Below are positions 1-9,898 of a stretch of DNA of 64,000 nt, in pieces. Each line of letters starts with the position of its first letter. Position 1 is the stretch's first letter. The notes under the pieces are model-generated. The model was not told the origin of the DNA. It saw only the letters and a list, made by a program, of their open reading frames with translations, and made no database searches. The DNA lies in the NCBI GenBank assembly GCA_963833095.1, contig CAWHWQ010000001.1, positions 224,001 through 288,000 of the forward strand. Reading direction: 5' to 3'. A program made the translations under genes and the position numbers. Source of the stretch: Vulcanimicrobiota bacterium (lineage in GTDB: Bacteria; Vulcanimicrobiota; Vulcanimicrobiia; Vulcanimicrobiales; Vulcanimicrobiaceae).

Positions 1-27
1 CGTCAAGCGCAGATTCGGTAGGCAAGG

Positions 28-842
28 CTAGGGTGTTCGCTGCCGGAGCGCCTCATAAAGCAAGACGCCGGCCGCCACCGAGGCGTTCAGGGACTCGGTC
101 CGGCCCCGCATCGGGATGCTGACCAGGTAGTCGCACTCCCGCCTCACCAGCGGAGCAGGCCCTCGCCCTCAGCGCCGATCACGAGCGCCAAATCGCGGTC
201 GAAATCGATCTGCCCCATGGGCATCGATCCCTCACCGGCAGCTGCCCCGGCGACCCAGATCCCGGCCTTCTTGAGCGTCCGGATTGCCTCATTAACGTTG
301 GCGACTCGGACGACGGGCAGATAGCCGGCTGCGCCGGCCGCAGCCTTACGGACCGTGGCGTTGACCCCGGCCGAGCGCCGCTCGGGCAAGATCACCGCAT
401 CGGCCCCAGCACATTCAGCCGTTCGGATGATCGCCCCAACGTTGTGGGGATCGGTGAGGTGATCGAGGATCACGAAAAGCGCATGGCCGGTCTTCTTGGA
501 TCCGATGACGTCCGGGAGGTCGCGTAATCAAACGGTGGCGCGATCGGCGACCACGCCCTGATGCGTCTTGAACGGAAGTTGCGTGAAGAACCCACGCGCC
601 TCAAAGCGTACGGGAACGTTGTGCTCCTTCGCCTGCGCGATGATCTTGCGCAGCAGCGGGTCGCGCTTGCGATCGTCGGAGACGTGGATCGTGCGCAACT
701 CGTCGCCGGCGTTAAGCGCCTCCTCGACGACGTGAATCCCATAGATCACATCGTCGAAATCGAGGCGCGGCTTCCGCGGCGGTCCACCGCGCGGCGGTCC
801 ACCGCGCTGCGGCGGCCCCGGCTTTACTCTGCGACGGTCCAC
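28..842 (-). CDS. rlmB: 23S rRNA Gm2251 methyltransferase RlmB (SpoU family); frameshifted in this sequence
   Basis: Fragments in ORFs 528..944 ([12 protein letters not shown]...HQGVVA) and 144..473 ([27 protein letters not shown]) continue to [22 protein letters not shown] start 842, TAG at 28-30; follows cysS. Confidence 0.9.
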
Positions 843-2249
843 GTGGTTCCGTCCTTCGAATCCTTGATGGCGACGCCGGCACTGCGAGCGCATCACGCAA
901 ACGATCCGATGCGGCCCAATCTTTGCTCGCGCGGGCGCGTGCACGCGCCTCGATCACCACGGCAATTGCTTCTTCTGCGCTCGCTCCGTTGAGCGAAAAC
1001 TCGTGACCAAGCTGCGCGCGTAAGCGCTCGAGCAGATCGAGGGCAGCGCGCGCTCGGCCTCGTGCGCCCAATCCTCGGTCGGTTCGATGCCGAGCAGCCA
1101 CAGCGCGCGTTCGAATTCCGCGCGCGATCCAGGCTGTGGGCTCCATTGCAACAGTTCAGCAAGTGCAACCGAGGTATTCATATCCTCGTCGAGCGCCGCT
1201 TCTATCCGTTCGATCAATCCCGTTGCGACGGGCGCTCCCGCGGGCAACGCGACGAGCGCGCGAAATGCTTTCTTTAAACGTTCGAGTGTGATATACGACG
1301 ATGCAAGCGACTCGTCGGTGAAGTTCATCACCTTGCTGTAACCCGTTGTCAGAAACGCCAGACGAATGGCCTGCGGATCGTGGCGCGCGAGCAAGTCTGC
1401 GAGCGGCTCGAAATTGCCCAGCGACTTCGACATCTTGCGCCCTTCGAAGTTGAGCAATCCCCCGTGAACCCAAAAGTTCGCCATCGGCGGATGAGGCATC
1501 AGCGGTTCGCTCTGCGCAATCTCGTTCTCGTGATGCGGGAAAATCAAGTCTGCACCCCCGCCATGGATGTCGAAGCCGGCGCCGGCGGGATCGAGCAACG
1601 CGCGCGACATCGCCGAACACTCGATGTGCCAGCCAGGGCGTCCGTCGCCATAGGGCTCAAATGGCCACTTCGGCTCGCCGGGTTTGGCGAATTTCCAAAG
1701 CGCAAAGTCAAGCGGATCTTTCTTGAACTCGCCGACTTCAATGCGCGCGCCCGCCTCCAATTCGTCGATCTTGCGATTGCTGAGGTCGCCGTATCGCGGA
1801 AAACTACGCACGTTGTAATAGATTCCGTCTTCAACGACGTAGGCGTTCCCGCGTTCGATAAGGTCGCGAATCATCGTCTGTATCTGTGGGACGTAGGCGG
1901 TCGCGTAAGGCTCTTCGTCGGGCTCCATCACGCCCAGGCGGCGCATCGAATCGTGAAACTCCTGATAGTAGCCGCGGACGATCTCGCGCCAGTCTTCGCC
2001 GGTCTCGCGCGCGCGGTTGATGCTGCGATCATCGATGTCGGTGACGTTCTGGACGTAGGTAACGTCGTAGCCCCTGTGCATGAGATACCGGCGCAGTAGA
2101 TCGAAAAACAAGAATGAGCGCGCATGGCCGAGGTGCGCCTGCGCCGAGGGCGTGAGGCCGCAAACATACACCCGCACTGCTTTGCCGTGCAGCGGAGTGA
2201 AGGTTTCCAGCGAGCGCGTACGAGTGTTGTAGAGCTTCAGATGACCCAC
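824..2249 (-). CDS. cysS: Cysteinyl-tRNA synthetase; C-terminus frameshifted (~870-1040)
   Basis: [45 protein letters not shown] and KMSKS motifs; C-terminal [17 protein letters not shown] lies in another frame; TAA at 824-826. Confidence 0.95.
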
Positions 2250-2920
2250 GACCAGGTCTCTTCGCCGTTCTCGCGTTCGACCTGTGCTAAGCGGGCCTCG
2301 AGCTGTTCGAGCCGGCGCTGTAAGTGGTTGATGGCGTCGGCGTTCGGATCGGGCATCTCAACTTGCGGACGATCCGGTACCGGACGCACGGGTTTGCCGT
2401 CCTGAGCCACAACGTGCGCGGGAATTCCAACAACCGTCGCGTTGGCCGGCACATCGCGCACCACGACCGAGCCGCTCCCGACGCGCGCGTTATCGCCGAC
2501 GACGATTGCACCCAGCACCACCGCGCTCGCGCCGACCGTGACGTTCTTTCCAAGCGTAGGATGGCGTTTGGTGTGCGCGAGGCTCGTGCCGCCCAGCGTA
2601 ACGCCTTGGTAGATCGTGCAGCCGTCGCCAACCTCGGCGGTCTCGCCCATGACCACACCCATCCCGTGATCGATGAAGACGCGTTGTCCGATCGTCGCGC
2701 CGGGATGGATCTCAATGCCGGTTAGAAATCGGGCGACGTGCGAGAGCCATCGAGGCAGCAGCGGAACGCCGAGCAGCCACAGCCGATGGGTCACGCGGTA
2801 CGCGGTGATTGCATGAAATCCCGGATAGGAGAGCACGACGTCGAGCCAGCCGCGCGCAGCGGGATCGCGTTCGATCGGGGCGTGAAGATCACTGAGAAAC
2901 GTTTCGATCGGTCCGGCCAT
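2237..2920 (-). CDS. cysE: Serine O-acetyltransferase
   Basis: ERDPAAR, YPGFHA, TGIEIHPGA, FIDHGMGVV, KRHPTLG and hexapeptide repeats. Confidence 0.95.
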   Translation of the reverse strand: MAGPIETFLSDLHAPIERDPAARGWLDVVLSYPGFHAITAYRVTHRLWLLGVPLLPRWLSHVARFLTGIEIHPGATIGQRVFIDHGMGVVMGETAEVGDGCTIYQGVTLGGTSLAHTKRHPTLGKNVTVGASAVVLGAIVVGDNARVGSGSVVVRDVPANATVVGIPAHVVAQDGKPVRPVPDRPQVEMPDPNADAINHLQRRLEQLEARLAQVERENGEETWSWVI

Positions 2921-2923
2921 TGC

Positions 2924-3208
2924 CTAGGGAACCTCTGAAGACGTCGGTGTACCGATTGCGATCGGTCCTTTCGCATCAAGGCGAGGAGCGATGAGGGAGC
3001 GACGCCCAAGCGCATCGTGACCGACGCAGCAACGATGAATTGAGCGAAAAGACCGCTCGCCCTTCGGGCTTAAGCCGGAAATGCCCATATGCGTCGTCGC
3101 CGGATCCCTCACAGACCGCCGCGGGTATGCTTGGTCGCCGGCTTCTCGCATCTGATGCATTTCGGGCTTAAACAATCGGTGCATGGACGTCTCCAGAGAT
3201 TCCCTCAG
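2924..3208. repeat. Nested inverted-repeat element (MITE-like composite or structured RNA)
   Basis: Outer imperfect 33-bp IR at 2926-2958/3173-3205; inner IRs at 2964-2974/3044-3054 and 3070-3093/3147-3171 (the latter flanked by TTAA); CTAG at the left edge. Confidence 0.75.
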
Positions 3209-3214
3209 TCTAAC

Positions 3215-3765
3215 CTACGGGTCAACGCGCTTGGATTCAATCGTTTCGAAGGGCTTGCCGTCGGGGCCGAACTTGATCGGCTCCAGGCCGCGCCCGTGGA
3301 GCAGACGCGAATTCACCGCGCCGATGCGAATCAGCATCCGGTCATGGCCCAGTAAGGGGAAGAGGAGCTCGAGCGAAGGTCCCTCTTTCTCGCCGGTGAG
3401 GGCCATGCGTAGCGCAGCAAAAGCGTCGACCGGCGCGATTCCGAACTCGCCGGCAATGGCCGGAACGTCGTGCGCGAGCGGCAAGCCGCGCAGTTCGGGC
3501 TGATGATCGATATACTGTCCAATCGAGTCGAGAAAAAGAGAACGGAGCGCGTACGCAATCGCTCGAGTTCGAGCGCGGGAATCACGCACGACTCGGCGCG
3601 CAGCGCGGCAACAGAGGTGAACGCGTCATCGATGCGCGGCAAGCGATCACCGAACGCCTCGAGAAACGTATCGATCCAGCGAAGTGCCGCATCGGGCGCG
3701 GGATCCTCGAGAAAGCCCCAGCGCTGCATTGCCGTCAAGAGCTGCGCCCGCGTGATCGTCGTCAT
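3215..3765 (-). CDS. Stand-alone GluRS-type C-terminal anticodon-binding domain protein (~183 aa; 1-nt indel near 3535)
   Basis: ATG overlaps the ispF stop (ATGA); C-terminal [30 protein letters not shown] resembles the GluRS anticodon-binding helical domain; no HIGH/KMSKS catalytic domain. Confidence 0.75.
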
Positions 3766-4244
3766 TGCGCGCCCCGCTCGAGCGACGCAACGGCGAACGC
3801 GGCGATGCCTGTACCATCGCCGGTGTAGCCCATGCCTTCGGTCGTCTTTGCTTTGACGCTGACGCACTCGAGCGGTAAGCCGAGACGCGTCGCGAGATGT
3901 TCACGCATGGCCCCAATATACGGCGCGAGCTTGGGGCGCTCGACGACGATCGTCGCATCCAGGTTCACGACGCGATAGCCCGCCTCGCGAACGCGCGCCA
4001 CGCACGCCTCGAGCAGAACCATCGAGTCGGCGTCCTTCCAGCGCGGATCGCTGTCGGGAAAATGCCCGCCCAGGTCCCCGAGCGCTGCGGCACCGAGCAC
4101 CGCGTCGGAGATTGCGTGCGCGAGAACGTCGGCATCGGAATGGCCAAGCGCCCCGCGATCGTGGGGAATCGTGATCCCGCCGAGGACCAATCGACGACCT
4201 TGCACCAATCGATGCGCATCGAAACCATGACCAAAGCGCGTCAT
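3762..4244 (-). CDS. ispF: 2-C-methyl-D-erythritol 2,4-cyclodiphosphate synthase
   Basis: [43 protein letters not shown]. Confidence 0.97.
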   Translation of the reverse strand: MTRFGHGFDAHRLVQGRRLVLGGITIPHDRGALGHSDADVLAHAISDAVLGAAALGDLGGHFPDSDPRWKDADSMVLLEACVARVREAGYRVVNLDATIVVERPKLAPYIGAMREHLATRLGLPLECVSVKAKTTEGMGYTGDGTGIAAFAVASLERGAQ

Positions 4245-4915
4245 TGCAAGAGCACCGCCGCGCGCGCGACGTCGCCGGGATGCGTGACCTTGAAGTTCTC
4301 CGAGCTAGCCGGAACAATCGCCACGTCGATGCCGATCGCTTCGAGCAAGGCAACGTCGTCGGTTGCTTCGAGCGCCGCTGCCGATGCGGCGTCGTGCGCG
4401 CGCACGAGTTCTGAACGCATCGCGAATTGCGGCGTCTGCGCGGCCCAAAGCGTTCCGCGATCGAGCGTGCGCTGCACCAGCATGCTTTGCGGATCGACGA
4501 CTTTGATCGTGTCCACAACGGGAGCTGCCAAAACCGCCGCGCGGCCCGGCTGCACCTTACGCATGCCTGAGCGCACGTCATCGGCACGGACCAGTGGCCG
4601 CGCACCGTCGTGCACGAGCACCGCGTCGTACTGCGCCGGCAACGCGTCTAAGCCACAACGCACACTGGCTTGGCGCGTCGCGCCGCCGCCGACGACGGCG
4701 ACCTCGCACTGCGCGCAAAGCACGGTCGTCATATCTTTGACGGCATCGAGCCATTCACGCTCGGTCACGACTACGATTGCTCCGATTTCGGGCATTGCAG
4801 CTAGGGTTTCAAACGACCACGCAAGCATCGGGCGTCCGGCGATCTCGATCAGTTGCTTGGGACGGCCGAAACGCGTTCCGCGTCCGGCCGCAACGATCAC
4901 AGCGCCCCAATTCAT
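4241..4915 (-). CDS. ispD: 2-C-methyl-D-erythritol 4-phosphate cytidylyltransferase
   Basis: [33 protein letters not shown]. Confidence 0.97.
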   Translation of the reverse strand: MNWGAVIVAAGRGTRFGRPKQLIEIAGRPMLAWSFETLAAMPEIGAIVVVTEREWLDAVKDMTTVLCAQCEVAVVGGGATRQASVRCGLDALPAQYDAVLVHDGARPLVRADDVRSGMRKVQPGRAAVLAAPVVDTIKVVDPQSMLVQRTLDRGTLWAAQTPQFAMRSELVRAHDAASAAALEATDDVALLEAIGIDVAIVPASSENFKVTHPGDVARAAVLLQ

Positions 4916-6012
4916 CGGGCCGCGGCGCTCGCGGCCTTGGGGCGCGCAAAGATCATTCGACCGGCAACGGTTTGCAGAACGCTCGTAACGACCACATCGG
5001 TGCTCGATCCAACAAAGCGCTTCCCTTGTTCTATGACGATCATCGTTCCGTCATCGAGATAGGCGACGCCTTGGTGCGCTTCCTTTCCCTCGCGAATGAC
5101 GTGCACGTGCAATTCCTCGCCCGGCAAAACCACGGGTTTGACGGCGTTGGCTAGCTCGTTGATGTTGAGCACCTCCACTCCCTCGACTTGCGCGACGCGA
5201 TTGAGATTGTAATCGTTGGTCAGGAGCCGCCCTGGCAGTTCGCGCGCGAGGCGCACCAACTTAGCGTCGACGTTCCCCGGTGGAAGATCGTCGTACTCGC
5301 GCTCGTAGATCTCGATCGCATGCAATTCTTGGAGTTTGGTCAGAGCCTCGAGTCCACGGCGCCCGCGCGTGCGGCGCTGCGGATCTTCGGAATCGGCAAT
5401 CGCTTGCAGCTCGCGGAGCACAAAGCGTGGCACGATCAGTGCGCCTTCTAAAAATCCGCTCTGCACGATCTCGACGACGCGCGCGTCGACGATCACCGAG
5501 GTATCGACGATCTTTGCGCCCCCACCGCTGCGCGGACCCCCGTCCTTAGAAACCAACGGCAGTAACCGGGTCTTCGCCCCCACGCGAGCGCCGAGATACG
5601 CGAAGAAAATCGTGACGATGAGATACAGCAAAATCGCAAGGTAGCTGCCCGCGCGTCCGGTGATTGAGATGAACTCGAAGAGAATGCTCTTAACCAGCAG
5701 CGCCGTTCCAAGACCAACGAGCAGTCCGATGGCGCCGCCCGCGATTTCGGCCGGCGCGAGCCGCTCGATCGCGCGTTCGACGAGATCGAGCTCGTCCTCG
5801 AAGAACGATTGCGCCAGCGGCGCGACGACAATGCCGATCAGCGCACCGACGACCGGGGAAAGGATCATCATCGTCCACTGCAACCAATCGCTTGCAAAGT
5901 GGAGCGAGAGTACGTTGACGTAGAGTTCGCGCCCGAGCAAAAAGCCCGTAATCGAAAAGAAGATTGCGAACACGGTGCGCAGCACCGTCGCGGAAAGATT
6001 GCCTGTGTTCAT
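4912..6012 (-). CDS. Membrane PIN/TRAM domain protein (YacL-like)
   Basis: Four TM segments, VDTSVIVDAR, RGRRGL, TNDYNLNRVA, GVAYLDDGTMIV, TSVLQTVAGRMIFA; ATG 6012 overlaps the hemW stop. Confidence 0.93.
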   Translation of the reverse strand: MNTGNLSATVLRTVFAIFFSITGFLLGRELYVNVLSLHFASDWLQWTMMILSPVVGALIGIVVAPLAQSFFEDELDLVERAIERLAPAEIAGGAIGLLVGLGTALLVKSILFEFISITGRAGSYLAILLYLIVTIFFAYLGARVGAKTRLLPLVSKDGGPRSGGGAKIVDTSVIVDARVVEIVQSGFLEGALIVPRFVLRELQAIADSEDPQRRTRGRRGLEALTKLQELHAIEIYEREYDDLPPGNVDAKLVRLARELPGRLLTNDYNLNRVAQVEGVEVLNINELANAVKPVVLPGEELHVHVIREGKEAHQGVAYLDDGTMIVIEQGKRFVGSSTDVVVTSVLQTVAGRMIFARPKAASAAAR

Positions 6013-7139
6013 TCGAATACTACAAACGCTCCGCATACGTCGTTTGCGAAAAATCGCCCGCGTCTGGTCAACATGAGCCGATCGTCCTTGCGTTCGAGCA
6101 GGCCGTCGCTTTCGTACCGGGCGACGACAGGAGCGTATCGCTGGGCCACATCGACGCCGTAGCGCTCTTTGAACTCGCCCAGCGCAACCCCTTGCGCGGT
6201 GCGTAGCGCGATCATCACCGCCTCCCCCACTGCCTTGATTCCGCCCAAACGCTCGGCCTCACCGGGAATCGGGGCGTCCGATCTTGCTGCCGCCAGATAC
6301 GCGTCGAGATCGCGAGTATGCACGCTGCGCTCGCCATCGCGATAGGAGGCTGCGCCGACCCCGAATCCCGTGTATTCGCCGTTGCGCCAATAGTTTTCGT
6401 TGTGGGCGCAGCGATGCGCGGGACGCGCAAAGTTGCTGATCTCGTACTGTTCGTAGCCGGATTGCTCCAAGCGCCCGATTGCTATGTCGTAGAGATCGGC
6501 CTCGGCGGCATCATTCATAAAAGCGTCCGGATCACGTTCGCGCCAGTGCTCGTACGGCGTATCCGGTTCAACCGTTAAACCATAGGTCGAGATGTGATCC
6601 ACGCCGAGTTCAATCGCGCGCTCGAGCGAGTGCGTCCAGCTCTGCGGGGTTTGTCCCGGCACGGCAAACATCAGATCGATCGAGACCGAACGAATCTGCG
6701 CGGCGCGTGCTAGCGCGACGACACGTGTCACATCTGCCGGCGTGTGCTTTCTGCCGAGCGTCGCGATCTCGCTGGGCACGAATGACTGCACGCCGATCGA
6801 GACGCGATTGATGCCGGACGCGGCGTAGAGTGGAAAATCATCCTCGCGCACGAGTTCGGGATTGACCTCGATGGTGATCTCGCGCTCGAGGCCCGCGGAC
6901 GGAAAGCGCTCGCGTATGAGACGTGTGAGCGAAGCGACCTCATGCGCCTCGTATGCGTTGGGAGTCCCACCGCCGTAGAAGATCGTCGCGGCCGGCTCGC
7001 TCCGCGCGCAGGCAATCTCTGCGCGCAGCGCCTCCATGTAGGTCGTCGCGCGCGAACGCCGCATCGGCCACTTTGCGAAATCGCAATACGGGCAAATGTA
7101 CGGACAGAACGGCAGATGAACGTAAATTCCGAGCGGCAT
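6009..7139 (-). CDS. hemW: Radical SAM heme chaperone HemW (HemN-like)
   Basis: YVHLPFCPYICPYCDF, GGGTP, YEISNFA, HNENYW. Confidence 0.9.
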   Translation of the reverse strand: MPLGIYVHLPFCPYICPYCDFAKWPMRRSRATTYMEALRAEIACARSEPAATIFYGGGTPNAYEAHEVASLTRLIRERFPSAGLEREITIEVNPELVREDDFPLYAASGINRVSIGVQSFVPSEIATLGRKHTPADVTRVVALARAAQIRSVSIDLMFAVPGQTPQSWTHSLERAIELGVDHISTYGLTVEPDTPYEHWRERDPDAFMNDAAEADLYDIAIGRLEQSGYEQYEISNFARPAHRCAHNENYWRNGEYTGFGVGAASYRDGERSVHTRDLDAYLAAARSDAPIPGEAERLGGIKAVGEAVMIALRTAQGVALGEFKERYGVDVAQRYAPVVARYESDGLLERKDDRLMLTRRGRFFANDVCGAFVVFE

Positions 7140-7147
7140 GACCGGCC

Positions 7148-7993
7148 TTAGGGCACGATGGCGAAGATCCCGATAGCCCCCGGTCCCATGTGCGCCGCCA
7201 CAGTCAGCGATCCCTCATGGATGAGCTCCTGCACCGGCGGATGGCCGAGCTTGGCTTCCAGCGTTTTGCGCGCGCTCTCCAGCATTTGCGGATTCTCGAC
7301 GTGGCCAAGCGCAATGCGCGCTTTAGGCGAGCGATCGATGCTTCGCACGACCGCGTCGACCATGATCTCAACGGTTTTTTCAAAGGAAAAGCTCTGACCA
7401 GCGGGCCCAATCGCGCCTTGCTCGTTCATTTTGAGCACCAGGCTGACGTTGAGCATGGATCCGAGCGCAACGACAGCCTTGGGCAATCGTCCGCTGCGTC
7501 CCAGCACCGTGAGATCGGGCACGGCGAAGTACACCGCGTACGTAAGTTCACGGGGATCGACTTTCTTTGCGATATCGGCAGTCGACGCGCCTTGATCGGC
7601 GAGTTCCTTTGCGTACAGCGTAAGCAACGCTTCCATTCCGGATGCGCCTCGCGAATCCACGACGACCACTTTGCTCCCGAACTCCTTGGCGACGTTGGAC
7701 GCGCGCGCGTAGTTTTCGGAGATTTGCGACGATAGCGGAATCACCACTGCTTCGTTCCCGGCACCGACGATGCGCGCGAAGGTCTCGCGAAATTGTTGCT
7801 CCGTCGCCGGCTCCGTCTTCGGGATCTCGCCCGCGTTCATGCGTGAGAAAAAGGTCTTGCGATCGATATCGATCCCGTCGCGGTAGCGCTCCTCACCAAA
7901 AAGGATCCATACCGGCACGATCTCAATACCTAGCTTGTCTGCCTCGCCGCGCGAAAGATCGCATCCGCTGTCGGTTACGATCGTGGTTGCCAT
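7148..7993 (-). CDS. DegV family fatty acid-binding protein (FakB-like)
   Basis: IVTDSGCDL, VVDS, GRSGRL, AHMGPGAIG. Confidence 0.9.
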   Translation of the reverse strand: MATTIVTDSGCDLSRGEADKLGIEIVPVWILFGEERYRDGIDIDRKTFFSRMNAGEIPKTEPATEQQFRETFARIVGAGNEAVVIPLSSQISENYARASNVAKEFGSKVVVVDSRGASGMEALLTLYAKELADQGASTADIAKKVDPRELTYAVYFAVPDLTVLGRSGRLPKAVVALGSMLNVSLVLKMNEQGAIGPAGQSFSFEKTVEIMVDAVVRSIDRSPKARIALGHVENPQMLESARKTLEAKLGHPPVQELIHEGSLTVAAHMGPGAIGIFAIVP

Positions 7994-8005
7994 CTGCGTC
8001 CCCCT

Positions 8006-8860
8006 TTACGTGTCTTGCGCAACCGCAATACCGACGGCACCCGGGCCGGCATGCGTCGCGATCACCGGACCCGCCTCGAGGATGTCGAGAAGTCGCGGCT
8101 GCGCGCCGCCCAGCCGCGCGCGCAACTGCTCCATGACTCCATCCGCCAAAGGCGGTGCGTCGGTGTGCATAATCAAAAACCGTGCTTTGGAAACGTCCGT
8201 GACGGCTGCCAAGGCAAGGTCGACCATCGTCGATTGCGCGCGTGTGAACGTGCGCACCTGCGCTTCGGCGGAAACTTGACCGTCTTTGAGGACGATCACC
8301 GGAACGATTTTCATAAGTGTACCAAGCACCTGTTGGGCCTTCCCAATGCGTCCGGTGCGTTGCAAGTGCGAAAGGTCCGAGATGCAGCAGTAGATTCGCT
8401 GCACGGTGCGCTCGCGATCGAGCGCGGCAAGAAGGTCCTCCCAACTCGCACCGGCAGCGATCAGCTCCTGCGCGCGCATTGCCATTATGCCTAGGCCCCC
8501 CGCGGCGCTCTCCGAGTCGTAGACGACGATCTTTGCGCCGGGAAACTGCTGCGCGGCTGCCTGCGCTGCGTTGATCGTTCCCGAAAGATACGACGAGATG
8601 GTAAGACAGAGTATTTCGTTCCCGGCTTGCACGAGCGGACGAAACGCATCTTCGAACATTTGCGACGTGGGTTGCGATGTGGTCGGCAGCGTCTTTTCGC
8701 TTGCGAGCATTTCGAAGAATTGGCGGCGGCTCAAGTCGAGAAAGTCACGGAAACTGCGATCGCCGAAGACCACGAAGAGCGGAACGATGGTTATTCCGAG
8801 AGCTGTCGCGCGCTGCGGGTCGATATCCGAGGTGCTGTCAGTGACGACGACGATCGACAA
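8006..8860 (-). CDS. DegV family fatty acid-binding protein (FakB-like)
   Basis: VVTDSTSDI, PTTSQP, ISSYLSGT, LQRTGRIG, THAGPGAVG. Confidence 0.93.
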   Translation of the reverse strand: MSIVVVTDSTSDIDPQRATALGITIVPLFVVFGDRSFRDFLDLSRRQFFEMLASEKTLPTTSQPTSQMFEDAFRPLVQAGNEILCLTISSYLSGTINAAQAAAQQFPGAKIVVYDSESAAGGLGIMAMRAQELIAAGASWEDLLAALDRERTVQRIYCCISDLSHLQRTGRIGKAQQVLGTLMKIVPVIVLKDGQVSAEAQVRTFTRAQSTMVDLALAAVTDVSKARFLIMHTDAPPLADGVMEQLRARLGGAQPRLLDILEAGPVIATHAGPGAVGIAVAQDT

Positions 8861-8869
8861 TGAAGGTCC

Positions 8870-9898
8870 TTAAGCGCTTTCTACCGAGGTTTCGCGAGTG
8901 AGGTGCGGTGTGACTAGTTCCGCGATCCGGCCAACGACATCGTGTTCGACTTCGCTGATCGCGCTGAGAATTGCGCCCTTGATGCCTCGGCGCGAGACGC
9001 GCCCGTGCGTGTAGATGCAGTTCCCGCGTACGCCAAGCAGCGGCGCTCCGCCATACGTTTCGTAATCGAAACGCCGGCGTAAGCCGCGCAACGACGGCGC
9101 GAGCAAGGCTGTGCCGAGCAAATTCATGATGTTGCGGCGCAACAGCGTGTCTTTGACCACCTCGCTCATCGCTGCGACCATACCTTCGGCCGTCTTGAGC
9201 AAGACGTTACCCACGAATCCGTCGGTAACCACCACGTCGGCCACGTCGTGGAACATGTCCTTACCTTCGATGTTGCCGATGAAGTTGATCGGCGCCCGTT
9301 CGAGCAATCCGGCTGCTTCGAGCACCAGCGAATTGCCTTTGGTGCGTTCCTCTCCGATCGAGAGCAACGCGACTTTCGGGCGCTCGATGCCCAGCACGGC
9401 CGATGCGTAAGCGGAGCCCATGATGCCGAACTGCTCGAGCCACTCGGCGCGGCAATCGACGTTGGCGCCCGAATCGATCAACACCGTCCACCCGTGAACC
9501 GCCGGCCACACCGTGGCGATCGCCGGACGCGCGATGCCTTCGATCGTGCGAAGCTTGATCAGGGCGATCGCTAGGAATGCGCCGCTGTTTCCGGCGGATA
9601 CGACGGCATCGGCTTCTCCCGCTTTAATCGCGCTCACCGCCATGCCAAGCGAGGTGCGATCGGCGCTGCGCAGCGCTTGTGACGCATGCTGATCCATCGG
9701 CACAGACTCAGGTGAGTGCACGATCGAAATTCGCTCCGCGCCCTTCCCGCGCAACAGTGCGCGCACGCGCGCTTCGTCGCCGTACAGGGTGAGCGACGCG
9801 CCGGGGTACTCGTTCGCCGCGAGCAGCGCTCCGGCCACGATCTCATCGGGCGCGTGGTCGCCGCCCATGGCGTCGATCGCTATCCGTGGCTTATTCAT
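8870..9898 (-). CDS. plsX: Phosphate acyltransferase PlsX
   Basis: IAIDAMGGDHAP, VSAGNSGA, DSGAN, TDGFVGNVLLKTAEG, YGGAPLLG. Confidence 0.97.
   Translation of the reverse strand: MNKPRIAIDAMGGDHAPDEIVAGALLAANEYPGASLTLYGDEARVRALLRGKGAERISIVHSPESVPMDQHASQALRSADRTSLGMAVSAIKAGEADAVVSAGNSGAFLAIALIKLRTIEGIARPAIATVWPAVHGWTVLIDSGANVDCRAEWLEQFGIMGSAYASAVLGIERPKVALLSIGEERTKGNSLVLEAAGLLERAPINFIGNIEGKDMFHDVADVVVTDGFVGNVLLKTAEGMVAAMSEVVKDTLLRRNIMNLLGTALLAPSLRGLRRRFDYETYGGAPLLGVRGNCIYTHGRVSRRGIKGAILSAISEVEHDVVGRIAELVTPHLTRETSVESA

Noticed and set aside
778..807. 15-bp tandem repeat near the rlmB start
   Set aside because: It encodes a low-complexity RGGPP N-terminal extension; not a CRISPR or regulatory array
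2921..3214. T-box riboswitch upstream of cysE, expected from Bacillota synteny
   Set aside because: No GGUGGNACC T-box bulge or terminator/antiterminator pair on the minus strand
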